DNA of 64,000 bases, from the NCBI GenBank assembly GCA_964507565.1, contig CAZDPV010000001.1, positions 8,662 through 72,661 on the forward strand, read 5' to 3'. The DNA is from an uncultured Clostridium sp. (GTDB lineage: Bacteria > Bacillota > Clostridia > TANB77 > CAG-508). The notes beneath the pieces were generated by a model, which was given only the letters and a program-made list of their open reading frames with translations, was not told the origin of the DNA and did no database searches. Position numbers and translations under genes: made by a program. Within the stretch, counting starts at the first letter, position 1. Every line of letters starts with the position of its first letter. Below are positions 45,820 through 55,192 of this stretch, in pieces.

Positions 45820-48492
45820 ATGAAAAAGATTGAAAACAAATATAATCCAAAAGATTTTGAAGATAAATTGTATGAAAAGTGGGAGAAAGGTGGATATTTT
45901 AAGCCAAGCATGGACAAATCTCATCCATCATATTCGATAGTTATGCCACCTCCAAATGTTACTGGAAAACTACATATGGGACATGCCCTTGATGGCACAA
46001 TTCAAGATGTACTAATTAGAGCAAAAAGAATGCAAGGATTTAACACACTATGGGTTCCAGGAACAGACCATGCTGCTATTGCAACAGAAGTAAAAGTAGT
46101 AGAAAAGATGAAAAAAGAAGGACTAACAAAAAAAGACGTTGGAAGAGATGGATTTCTAGATAGAGCATGGGAGTGGACAAAATTATATGGTGATACAATT
46201 CAAAAGCAACAAAGAAAAATAGGATGTTCTTGTGACTGGAGTAGAGCTAGATTCACAATGGATGATGGTTTATCAAAAGCAGTAGTAAAAGAATTTATAA
46301 ATTTATATAATGATGGTTTAATATATAGAGGAAAAAGGATGATAAACTGGTGTCCAACATGTCATACTTCAATATCAGATGCTGAAGTTGAATATGAAGA
46401 AAAACCATCACACTTATGGCACTTAAGATATAAAATAATTGAGGATAAGCCGGAAACTTCAAATTTAATGCAAAAAATAAGATATGTAGAAGTTGCAACA
46501 ACAAGACCGGAAACAATGTTAGGAGATACTGCAATTGCAGTAAATCCAAGAGATGAAAGATATAAAGAATTAGTAGGAAAGAAATGCATTGTACCAATAG
46601 TAAACAGAGAAATACCAATAATAGCAGATGACTTTGTTGATATAGAATTTGGAACGGGATGTGTAAAAATAACGCCAGCACATGACCCAAATGATTACCA
46701 AGCAGGATTACGAAATAACTTAGATATAATAGAAGTATTTGATGATAATTCTATTATGGGAAATTTAGTACCGGAATTTGAAGGAATGAAGGCTATAGAT
46801 GCACGAGAAAAAATAGTTGAAAAACTAAAAAAAATAGGTGCTCTTGTATCGATAGAAGATTACTCTCATAATGTTGGAACATGTTATAGATGTCATGGAA
46901 TAGTAGAACCTAGAATATCAGAGCAATGGTTTGTATCAATGAAAGAATTAGCAAAACCAGCAATAGAAGCAGTTAAAGATGGAGAAGTAAGATTTGTACC
47001 AAAAAAATACGAAAAAACATATTTCAACTGGTTAGAGAATATTCAAGACTGGTGTATATCAAGACAATTATGGTGGGGACATAGAATACCAGCATATTAT
47101 TGTGAGGAATGTAATCATATAACAGTCTCAGAAGAAAATCCGATAAAATGTGAAAAGTGCGGAAGTACACACATTTATCAAGACCAAGATACTTTGGACA
47201 CATGGTTTAGTTCTGCACTGTGGCCATTTTCAACAATGGGATGGCCAAATCTAGATTCAGAAGATTTAAAAACATTCTATCCAACAGATGCACTAGTAAC
47301 GGCGTATGATATAATTTTCTTCTGGGTTGTAAGAATGGTTTTCTCAGCATACTATGCGACAAAAAAGAAGCCATTTAAAGACGTAATAATTCATGGATTA
47401 GTACGTGATAGCCAAGGAAGAAAAATGTCAAAGAGTTTAGGTAATGGAATTGACCCACTTGAAATCGTTGAAAAATATGGAGCTGATTCACTAAGATTTT
47501 CTTTATTATCAGGAACAACAATGGGAAACGACATAAAATATATGCCAGAAAAATTAGATCAAGCATCAAACTTCGCAAATAAAATTTGGAATGCAGCAAA
47601 ATTTGTAACGATGAATGCATCATCAGATGAAAAGATTATAGAATATAGTAAAAATCCAAATAGCCTAAAAGTTGAAGACAAGTGGATAATTGGAAAAATA
47701 AATAAACTAATAGATGAAATAAAAGAAAATATAAACAACTATGATTTAGGAATAGCAGTAGATAAACTATATACATTTATATGGGATGAGTTTTGTGACT
47801 GGTATATAGAAATGGCAAAAACAAGGCTAAATAGTGCAAATGAAGATGATAAAGTTTCAGTGTCTTACGTTTTAGATTATTCAATGCGCACACTTTTAAA
47901 ACTATTACATCCATTTATGCCATTTATAACATCGGCAATATATTCAAACTTAACAAAATATGATGACAAAGATATTATGCTCTCAAAATGGCCAGAAAAA
48001 GTTAAGGAAAATTATGAAGATGAAATTGAATTTGTGGAAAATATAAAAGCAGTAATAATGCAAGTTAGAAATATTAGAACAAATATGAATGTACACCCAA
48101 GTAAAAAAGTAGACCTAATATTTGTAACAAATAAATATGAAAAAGAATTACAGAGTGCAGAAGGATTCATAAATAAATTAGCCTATGGAAAATCTTTAAA
48201 AGTACAAAATAATATGAATGGTATTGAGGAAAACGCAGTTCAAATAACTGGAAACGGACTAAACTTATATATGCCATTTAGCGAACTTGTAGATATTGAA
48301 GAAGAAAAACAAAGGTTAAATAATGAAAAAATTAAAATGGAATTAGAAGTAAAAAGAAGCCAAGGTATTTTAAATAATCAAGGATTTTTATCCAAAGCCC
48401 CAGAATTGAAAATAAATGAAGAAAAAGAAAAATTGCAAAAGTACACATCAATGCTTGAAGATATAAATTTAAGATTAAGTAAGATGAAATAA
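45820..48492 (+). CDS. valS: Valine--tRNA ligase
   Basis: HMGH, KMSKS and a C-terminal coiled coil. The start is set at MKKIENKYNPKDFE. Confidence 0.95.
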   Translation: MKKIENKYNPKDFEDKLYEKWEKGGYFKPSMDKSHPSYSIVMPPPNVTGKLHMGHALDGTIQDVLIRAKRMQGFNTLWVPGTDHAAIATEVKVVEKMKKEGLTKKDVGRDGFLDRAWEWTKLYGDTIQKQQRKIGCSCDWSRARFTMDDGLSKAVVKEFINLYNDGLIYRGKRMINWCPTCHTSISDAEVEYEEKPSHLWHLRYKIIEDKPETSNLMQKIRYVEVATTRPETMLGDTAIAVNPRDERYKELVGKKCIVPIVNREIPIIADDFVDIEFGTGCVKITPAHDPNDYQAGLRNNLDIIEVFDDNSIMGNLVPEFEGMKAIDAREKIVEKLKKIGALVSIEDYSHNVGTCYRCHGIVEPRISEQWFVSMKELAKPAIEAVKDGEVRFVPKKYEKTYFNWLENIQDWCISRQLWWGHRIPAYYCEECNHITVSEENPIKCEKCGSTHIYQDQDTLDTWFSSALWPFSTMGWPNLDSEDLKTFYPTDALVTAYDIIFFWVVRMVFSAYYATKKKPFKDVIIHGLVRDSQGRKMSKSLGNGIDPLEIVEKYGADSLRFSLLSGTTMGNDIKYMPEKLDQASNFANKIWNAAKFVTMNASSDEKIIEYSKNPNSLKVEDKWIIGKINKLIDEIKENINNYDLGIAVDKLYTFIWDEFCDWYIEMAKTRLNSANEDDKVSVSYVLDYSMRTLLKLLHPFMPFITSAIYSNLTKYDDKDIMLSKWPEKVKENYEDEIEFVENIKAVIMQVRNIRTNMNVHPSKKVDLIFVTNKYEKELQSAEGFINKLAYGKSLKVQNNMNGIEENAVQITGNGLNLYMPFSELVDIEEEKQRLNNEKIKMELEVKRSQGILNNQGFLSKAPELKINEEKEKLQKYTSMLEDINLRLSKMK

Positions 48493-48505
48493 ATATTAAG
48501 AAAAA

Positions 48506-48512
48506 TGTCGAA
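48506..48512 (+). promoter_or_regulatory. Candidate Spo0A box upstream of the spoIIA operon
   Basis: An exact TGTCGAA lies 116 nt upstream of the spoIIAA start. The 7-mer is expected a few times by chance in this window. Confidence 0.4.
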
Positions 48513-48627
48513 AAGTTCTTAAAATATGACAAAATTACCTATGGAAATAATTGGAAAAATAAACTATACTATGTATAGCTTATTTTTTTAGACCAATTTA
48601 AAGTCTAAGTACAAAGGAGGGAAAAAT

Positions 48628-48966
48628 GTGATTACTGATTATATTAAAGAAAACAAGCTATTAACTTTAAAACTAACAGAAGAAATTGATCAGCATACAG
48701 CTGATAAAATAAGGAGGAAAATGGATGATGAAATTGAGAGATATGTTCCAAGAAAAGTTATATTTGATTTTAGTAACATTTCTTTTATGGACAGTTCGGG
48801 AATAGGAATGGTATTAGGAAGATATAAACTCATAAAAATGCTAGGTGGAAATTTAGAAATCATAAATGTAAATAAAATAATGAAGAAAATATTTGATATG
48901 AGTGGAGTATCAAGAATTATTACTATTAGTGAATGTAAGGAGGAGAAAAATGAAGGGATTATATGA
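48628..48966 (+). CDS. spoIIAA: Anti-sigma-F factor antagonist (STAS)
   Basis: A STAS domain with the phosphorylatable Ser context [11 protein letters not shown] start after GGAGGG. First gene of the spoIIA operon. Confidence 0.9.
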   Translation: MITDYIKENKLLTLKLTEEIDQHTADKIRRKMDDEIERYVPRKVIFDFSNISFMDSSGIGMVLGRYKLIKMLGGNLEIINVNKIMKKIFDMSGVSRIITISECKEEKNEGII

Positions 48967-49420
48967 TAATGAAATGAAATTGGAGTTTAGTAGTAAAACA
49001 TGCAACGAAGCATTTGCAAGAATTACAGTTGCAGCATTTGTATCACAACTAGATCCAACAATAGATGAACTATCTGATATAAAAACAGCAGTCTCAGAAG
49101 CAGTTACTAATAGCATAATCCATGGATATGATAATGATGAAGGAAAGGTAACAATCACATCAAAAATATTTGCAAACACAGTAGAAATAGAAATAACTGA
49201 CAATGGTAAAGGAATAGAAAATGTTGAACTAGCACGAAGACCGCTGTACACCTCAAAACCTAATATGGAAAGATCAGGAATGGGTTTTACAATAATGGAA
49301 AGCTTTATGGATGAAGTAAAAGTTGAATCAGCACTAGGATTAGGCACGAAAGTTACAATGAAAAAGAAGATTATAAGCAGAGCAGATGAACATGATAATG
49401 AAAAGAAATTAGAAGCATAA
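48950..49420 (+). CDS. spoIIAB: Anti-sigma-F factor (serine kinase)
   Basis: HATPase N-box [14 protein letters not shown] and G-boxes DNGKGI, GMGF. The start is at MKGLYDNE after AAGGAGG and overlaps the spoIIAA end. Confidence 0.9.
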   Translation: MKGLYDNEMKLEFSSKTCNEAFARITVAAFVSQLDPTIDELSDIKTAVSEAVTNSIIHGYDNDEGKVTITSKIFANTVEIEITDNGKGIENVELARRPLYTSKPNMERSGMGFTIMESFMDEVKVESALGLGTKVTMKKKIISRADEHDNEKKLEA

Positions 49421-49467
49421 AATTATTGCATAATAAAAAAATTCTTACATAAAAATAGGAGAGACAG

Positions 49468-50169
49468 ATGGATGAAAATCTTAAGAAGAGAATTGTAGAG
49501 GCACAAACGGGAAATAAAAACACATTAAATGAACTAGTAAAAGAAAATAGTGGCCTAATTTATAGTATAGCAAGAAGATTTGAAAATAGAGGTTATGAAT
49601 TAGAAGATATATATCAAATAGGTGCAATAGGTTTAATAAAAGCTATACAGAAATTTGACTTTTCATATAATGTAATGTTATCAACATTTGCAGTAACATA
49701 CATAATAGGAGAAATAAAAAGATTCATGCGAGATGATGGACCAGTGAAAATATCAAGACAAATAAAATACTTATCAACTCAGATAAAATTAGAACAAGAA
49801 AAAAATGCAAACATAACAATAGAAGAATTATCAAAAGCATTAAAAGTAAATAAAGAAGAAATAATAATGGCCATGGACTCAAACAATATACCAGAATCAT
49901 TAGAAGGAAAGATGGATGATGACGGAATGTGTCTAATGGATAAACTAAGCTCAAAAGAAAATAACGAAGAAAACATAGTAAATAATATGGCATTAAGACA
50001 ATGCATAGATAAATTAAATGCTAGAGATAAAAAAATAATATTTCTAAGATATTTTAAATGTCAAACACAAAGGAAAGTTGCTGAAATTATAGGAATTAGT
50101 CAAGTACAAGTTTCTAGAATCGAAAAGCAAATACTATCAGATTTAGAAAAAGAATTAAAAGAGGCATAA
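49468..50169 (+). CDS. sigF: Sporulation sigma factor F
   Basis: Sigma-70 regions 2-4 (DIYQIGAIGLIKAIQKFD; QRKVAEIIGISQVQVSRIEK). Third gene after spoIIAA-spoIIAB. Confidence 0.9.
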   Translation: MDENLKKRIVEAQTGNKNTLNELVKENSGLIYSIARRFENRGYELEDIYQIGAIGLIKAIQKFDFSYNVMLSTFAVTYIIGEIKRFMRDDGPVKISRQIKYLSTQIKLEQEKNANITIEELSKALKVNKEEIIMAMDSNNIPESLEGKMDDDGMCLMDKLSSKENNEENIVNNMALRQCIDKLNARDKKIIFLRYFKCQTQRKVAEIIGISQVQVSRIEKQILSDLEKELKEA

Positions 50170-51209
50170 TGAAAAAAATTTTTATTACTTTTATAAGTTT
50201 TATTTGCATAATATTTCTAATACCATTTTTATTTACAAAATCATATAATAAAACAAGAAATGATACAAATAAAACACAAGAAAATTTATCTGATTCATTA
50301 AAAGAAAATATTTCATCAAATAAAACTGATGAAATAAAGTTAGAAAAGTATAATTACAAAGAGTATACAACAGTAAAACTCTTACATGCTAAAACTGGAC
50401 AAATAGAAGAAATGGATTTAGACGAATACTTATTAGGAGTAGTATCTGCAGAAATGCCTGCTTCATTTGAAGAAGAAGCATTGAAGGCACAAGCTGTAGT
50501 AGCAAGAACATACACAATATATTCAATATCACACAATAAAAGTAAACACGAAAATGCAGATATATGTGATGATTCAAATTGCTGTCAAGCTTGGATATCA
50601 AAGGAAGATAGACTTGCTAAATGGGATGAAAATTTAAGACAAGATAATTGGAATAAAATACTTAAAGCAATATCAAGTACAACAGGAAAAATAATTACAT
50701 ATAATGGAGAAGCTATTGATGCATTTTTCCATTCAAACAGCGGAGGAACAACAGAAACACCAGTTAATGTATGGGGAGGAACGAACTATCCATATCTCCA
50801 ATCAGTTCAAACATCAGGGGAAGACGCATATTCACAATATAGTTCAGAGGTAATACTAAATAAAAAAGACTTTTCGGAAAAAATAAAGGTAAAACATAAT
50901 AATTTTTCAATAGACTATTCAAAAGAAGACTGCATACAAGTCACACAGTACACAGACTCAGGCAGGGTCAAGACAATAAAAATAGGAAACTTGAATTTAT
51001 CAGGTGTAGAATTAAGAACCTTAATAGGTCTTAAATCAGCAAACTTTAAAGTAGAAGTGGATGGAGAAAACATCAAGTTTGAAGTAACAGGTTATGGTCA
51101 TGGAGTTGGAATGAGTCAAACTGGGGCAGATAGCATGGCAAAACAAGGAAGTAATTTTGAAGAAATAATAAAACATTTTTATACAGGAATAGAAATAATA
51201 AGTATGTAA
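50169..51209 (+). CDS. spoIID: SpoIID/LytB-family lytic transglycosylase
   Basis: YLLGVVSAEMPASFEEEALKAQAVVARTY, CDDSNCCQ, FHSNSGGTTE and GYGHGVGMSQTGA. Its ATG shares one base with the sigF TAA (TAATG). Confidence 0.85.
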   Translation: MKKIFITFISFICIIFLIPFLFTKSYNKTRNDTNKTQENLSDSLKENISSNKTDEIKLEKYNYKEYTTVKLLHAKTGQIEEMDLDEYLLGVVSAEMPASFEEEALKAQAVVARTYTIYSISHNKSKHENADICDDSNCCQAWISKEDRLAKWDENLRQDNWNKILKAISSTTGKIITYNGEAIDAFFHSNSGGTTETPVNVWGGTNYPYLQSVQTSGEDAYSQYSSEVILNKKDFSEKIKVKHNNFSIDYSKEDCIQVTQYTDSGRVKTIKIGNLNLSGVELRTLIGLKSANFKVEVDGENIKFEVTGYGHGVGMSQTGADSMAKQGSNFEEIIKHFYTGIEIISM

Positions 51210-51218
51210 TTAAATAAT

Positions 51219-51248
51219 GTATATTTTCCTAAAATTTAGGTAATAATT
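51219..51248 (+). promoter_or_regulatory. Forespore (sigma-F/G-like) promoter candidate
   Basis: GTATA (51219-51223), a 15-nt spacer, then GGTAATAATT (51239-51248). This resembles the GyATA-N15-GGnnAnAnT pattern recalled for sigma-F promoters. Confidence 0.45.
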
Positions 51249-51278
51249 CTATTAGTAAATTTTAGGAGGATAAAATAT

Positions 51279-52076
51279 ATGAGAAGAGATAAAAGAGAAA
51301 ATAAAGATGTAAAAGAGAACAAAAAGGTATTAAGTGTAATAGGCTTCCTTCTTTCAATAACACTTTTATCAATAGCAATTATTCTTTCAATAAATGAAGA
51401 AAGTAATCAAGAACAGGCGAAACTAAATAGAAACCTATCTATAACTAATACTGCTACAAACACTATAACTAAAAAAGTTAGTTCAGAGCTAAGTAAAACA
51501 ATAAATGAGGTAAAACAAGAAAACAAAATAGAGTCAAATCAAACAAATAACAATGTGGAAAATAACATAAAAACATATGAGGAAACAAAAATAAATAATG
51601 AAGATGATTCTAACAAAAATAATAAGGAATCAAACAATAGCAAAAATGAGGTTGAAGAAAATAAAAATACTACTGAATTTATAAAACCAGTAGATGGAGA
51701 AATAATAAAGAGCTTTGCTATGGATAGCTTAATATATTCCGAAACATTACAAGAATGGATTACTCATAGAGGAATAGACATTAAAGCAGAAAAAACAACA
51801 GTAGTTAAGGCGGTTGCAAATGGAACAATAAAATCAATAAAAGAAGATCCAAGGTATGGGTTAAGCATAACAATAGAGCATCAAAATGGATTTACAACAG
51901 TATATTCAAGTTTATTAAGCTCAGAATTTGTAAAAGAAGGAGATAAGGTAGAACAAGGTCAGTCAATAGGTACAGTTGGAAATTCGGCCATATTTGAAAC
52001 AAGTGATGGAGCACATTTACATTTTGAATTATTAAAAAATGGTGAATATGTAAATCCAGATATATACATTAAATAA
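51279..52076 (+). CDS. spoIIQ: Membrane-anchored M23/LytM-domain protein, SpoIIQ-like
   Basis: N-terminal TM, an N/E/K-rich linker, and a LytM domain with intact HxxxD (HRGID) and HxH (HLH). It follows spoIID, as in Clostridioides difficile. Confidence 0.6.
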   Translation: MRRDKRENKDVKENKKVLSVIGFLLSITLLSIAIILSINEESNQEQAKLNRNLSITNTATNTITKKVSSELSKTINEVKQENKIESNQTNNNVENNIKTYEETKINNEDDSNKNNKESNNSKNEVEENKNTTEFIKPVDGEIIKSFAMDSLIYSETLQEWITHRGIDIKAEKTTVVKAVANGTIKSIKEDPRYGLSITIEHQNGFTTVYSSLLSSEFVKEGDKVEQGQSIGTVGNSAIFETSDGAHLHFELLKNGEYVNPDIYIK

Positions 52077-52246
52077 AAACTTTCCAAGTCTGAAACAATA
52101 TAGTTTACAATATATATAAACATAATTACAAGAAACGTCGAAATGTGTCTATTTTTGGAAAAAATCAAAATGTAACACAAATGTAATATTTCTTACGAAT
52201 ATGCTATGAGAGTAAGAATACACCGAAAACATAAAACTATTGTGCT

Positions 52247-52275
52247 TTGACTTTTTTGTCGTAAAGTGATAGTAT
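52247..52275 (+). promoter_or_regulatory. Sigma-A-type promoter with extended -10 (veg)
   Basis: TTGACT, a 17-nt spacer, then TGaTAGTAT. Confidence 0.55.
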
Positions 52276-52306
52276 TTAAACATATTAAAAAGAAGTAGGT
52301 GATTAA

Positions 52307-52621
52307 ATGATTTACCAAGATGATATTACAAACTTACAATCTAATATCAAAGAAAAGATTGGACAAAAGATTATTGTAAAGGGTTCATTAGGAAGAAGTA
52401 AGTTATTTGAAAAGGAAGCTACTATTGAAAAGGCTTACCCTAATATATTTGTGGTTAAGTATCAGGAAAACGAAAGAAATGTATCATATCAATATAAAGA
52501 TGTATTAACTAGAGATGTTGATGTTGAAATTTTTGATGGAGAAAACTATAGCCCAATTGTTCCACCAATAATAAAAGCTCAAAAGAAAATTAATGCATCA
52601 TTAAAAAAAGTAATCTGTTAA
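52307..52621 (+). CDS. veg: Veg-family protein
   Basis: ..IKEKIGQKIIVKGSLGRSKLFEKEATIEKAYPNIFVVKY....RNVSYQYKDVLT matches my memory of the Veg/DUF1021 pattern. Confidence 0.75.
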   Translation: MIYQDDITNLQSNIKEKIGQKIIVKGSLGRSKLFEKEATIEKAYPNIFVVKYQENERNVSYQYKDVLTRDVDVEIFDGENYSPIVPPIIKAQKKINASLKKVIC

Positions 52622-52637
52622 AAAGACTGATAAAAAT

Positions 52638-52669
52638 AAATTAGAAATATTTTTCTAGTTTATTTTTTT
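52638..52669 (+). terminator. Intrinsic terminator after veg
   Basis: AAATTAGAAA-tatt-TTTCTAGTTT (one G-U pair) followed by T7. Confidence 0.6.
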
Positions 52670-52749
52670 ATACTTAAATATATAAACGTGAATACTTTTA
52701 ACAAATGCAACATATATAATAATAAATGTTTTATATGAGGAGGTAAAAA

Positions 52750-54276
52750 ATGGCCATAGAGTTAGAAAAAAACACCATAAGCATCAATCAGATTATAGCA
52801 AACAAAATAGAAAACACAGTAATAGAGGGAGATTGTATTGTACCAGATGTAAAGCCGGACATAATGGAGATTATAGGAGCCAGCGGAATAGTAAACATCT
52901 ACAAAAAAGAAGTAAGTGAAGGAAAAGTAAGAATTGACGGATGCATAAATGTGTATATTATGTACATAGGAGACAGTGGAAACGGAAAAAGTGTAAGAAG
53001 CATAAATCACACTTTAGATTTTTCACAAATCATTAGTGTAGAAAATGCAACAAGTGATATGAATGAAAATGGGAAAGTAATACTACAAAATATTGAATGC
53101 AAAGTAATCAACGAAAGAAAAATAAACTTAAAAGCAAATGTAAATTTTGAAGTAAAAATATTTACTAATTCAAATGTGGAATTCGTAAATAATGCAAATC
53201 TTAATGACATACAAAAACTAGAAAACAAAATAACAATAAACTCTGTAATGGGAATAGGCGGGACTAAAACAAGTACAAAGGAGACTATAAATATAGACAA
53301 CACTGATAATCTAGCAGAAATATTAAAGGTAAATGCACAAATTTCAAATGAAGATGTTAAAATAAGTTATAATAAAATACTTACTAAGGCAGATATAAAA
53401 TTAAAAATATTATATTCAACAGATGATGGGAGGATAAATACAGCAAAAGCAACATTTCCAATAATGGGATTTATAGATATGCAAAATGTATCTGAAAACA
53501 ACATTTGTGAACCAGAATTTGAAATAAAAAATATGATAATAAAACCAAATGGCTCAATGGAACATTCTATATATATAGAAATTGAAACTGGAATAAACGT
53601 AACCGTATATGAAAATAAAGAAATAAATGTAATTCAAGATTTATATAGTCCTAGTACAAATCTTAAATTTGTACAAAAAGATATAAAAACAATGCAAAGT
53701 AAAAATATAGTAGCATCAACTTTAAGCTTCAATCAAAAAACATTGATAGATATAGGAGATGCAAAAGTCTATGATGCAGATGTGCAAGTAAGAATAGAAA
53801 ATGTAAAACCACAAAATGATGCAATACTAATAGGCGGAAATATGCAGTTTGTCTTCACATACGGAGGAAATGAACCATCAGAAATATTAACCAAGAGTGT
53901 ATCAATTCCATTTGAACACAAAATGGAATGCAAAGGTATAAATCCAAATTCAAATATTCAAATGAATTATGATATAATAAGTGAAGACTACAACATAATG
54001 CCGGGTGGAGAGATAGCAATAAAATTAGATGTAAACTTTATTGCAAATACAGCAAATTTAATTGACATTAACCTAATAGATAATATAGAAGAAGATGAAA
54101 ATGGTAGTAAAAATAATTACAATATGGTAATTTATTTTACAAGAGCAAGTGATAATTTATGGAAAATAGCAAAAGAATTCGGGAGCACAAAAAACAATAT
54201 AATTCAAGCAAATGAACTTAAAAATGAAAACTTAATACCAGGAATGCAATTATTTATACCTAAGTATATGGGGTAA
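52750..54276 (+). CDS. DUF3794-repeat protein with a C-terminal LysM domain (SipL-like spore coat morphogenetic protein)
   Basis: The C-terminal LysM is YNMVIYFTRASDNLWKIAKEFGSTKNNIIQANELKNENLIPGMQLFIP. The repetitive beta-rich N-terminal region and the length (508 aa) fit C. difficile SipL as remembered. Confidence 0.6.
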   Translation: MAIELEKNTISINQIIANKIENTVIEGDCIVPDVKPDIMEIIGASGIVNIYKKEVSEGKVRIDGCINVYIMYIGDSGNGKSVRSINHTLDFSQIISVENATSDMNENGKVILQNIECKVINERKINLKANVNFEVKIFTNSNVEFVNNANLNDIQKLENKITINSVMGIGGTKTSTKETINIDNTDNLAEILKVNAQISNEDVKISYNKILTKADIKLKILYSTDDGRINTAKATFPIMGFIDMQNVSENNICEPEFEIKNMIIKPNGSMEHSIYIEIETGINVTVYENKEINVIQDLYSPSTNLKFVQKDIKTMQSKNIVASTLSFNQKTLIDIGDAKVYDADVQVRIENVKPQNDAILIGGNMQFVFTYGGNEPSEILTKSVSIPFEHKMECKGINPNSNIQMNYDIISEDYNIMPGGEIAIKLDVNFIANTANLIDINLIDNIEEDENGSKNNYNMVIYFTRASDNLWKIAKEFGSTKNNIIQANELKNENLIPGMQLFIPKYMG

Positions 54277-54277
54277 T

Positions 54278-54976
54278 ATGGATAAAATATATTCAAGATT
54301 TAGAATTCCAAGAGTTGCAAGTGGCATTATTAAGCCACATAAAAGATTCTTGATTATGTTTATACTAATAGTTATAATTGCATATTTAACAGCAATAAAC
54401 ATAATAAACTCTATAAATCCAATGTTAGAAAGAAAATCAAAAATACTAGCAAGGTCAACTGCAGCAAAACTATCAAATGAAGCGAGCAAAGATGCAATGC
54501 AAGATCTAACTTATCAAGACTTATGCGAAATAGACAAAGACGAAAAAGGAAATATAACACTAATGAAAATGAATGTAATAAATGTAAATAAAGTATGTAG
54601 CAAAATAGCATTGCAAATACAGCAAAAACTTAGCCAAAATGATAATTGTACTTTTGATATAAGATTAGGAAGCTTTACAGGAAGCAAGTTACTTTCTGGT
54701 AGGGGTCCAAACATAGAAATAAAACTTATGACTGCAGGGGACATTCAAACAAGCATAAATTCTGATTTTACATCAGCGGGAATAAACCAAACGTTGCATA
54801 AAATATATATAGATGTGGACTGCAATATAAGTATACTTACTCCATACAAAGATACTGATGAGCAGGTATCTACACAGGTATTATTAGCAGAAGCAGTAAT
54901 TGTTGGAAACATTCCAGAAAGCTACTACAATCTAGAAGGACTAAAAGATGGCGATGAGCTAAACTTGATTAACTAA
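54278..54976 (+). CDS. yunB: Sporulation protein YunB
   Basis: N-terminal TM and the central motif RLGSFTGSKLLSGRGPNIEIK typical of YunB. The ATG comes 1 nt after the upstream stop. Confidence 0.6.
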   Translation: MDKIYSRFRIPRVASGIIKPHKRFLIMFILIVIIAYLTAINIINSINPMLERKSKILARSTAAKLSNEASKDAMQDLTYQDLCEIDKDEKGNITLMKMNVINVNKVCSKIALQIQQKLSQNDNCTFDIRLGSFTGSKLLSGRGPNIEIKLMTAGDIQTSINSDFTSAGINQTLHKIYIDVDCNISILTPYKDTDEQVSTQVLLAEAVIVGNIPESYYNLEGLKDGDELNLIN

Positions 54977-55102
54977 AATAAAAATATTTATAAGTTGTTG
55001 CACCTACTAACAGTGAAGGTGAAAATATAGAATCAATGACTATTATAGATAATTAGTATGCTAATTACCAGGTAAAACATCAAAAAATTATTACTAAAAT
55101 TG

Positions 55103-55131
55103 TTGATTTATAAAAAAATAAAATGTATAAT
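55103..55131 (+). promoter_or_regulatory. Sigma-A-type promoter
   Basis: TTGATT, a 17-nt spacer, then TATAAT. Confidence 0.5.
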
Positions 55132-55192
55132 ATGAGTAATTTTATTCATAATATACATTTTTTTATTGCAAAAATGTAAGAGGGGAGACAAT

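Noticed and set aside
48513-48627. A sigma-H promoter for spoIIAA.
   Set aside because: One is expected biologically, but I could not find a convincing RnAGGAwWW - 11-14 nt - GAAT arrangement. Only the Spo0A-box heptamer is reported.
52171-52190. TGTAACAcaaaTGTAATATT upstream of veg as a third member of the pil-associated TATTACA/TGTAATA motif set.
   Set aside because: It shows instead that TGTAA-type words are common in this AT-rich intergenic DNA. I used it as a caution against over-interpreting the shared 15-mer.
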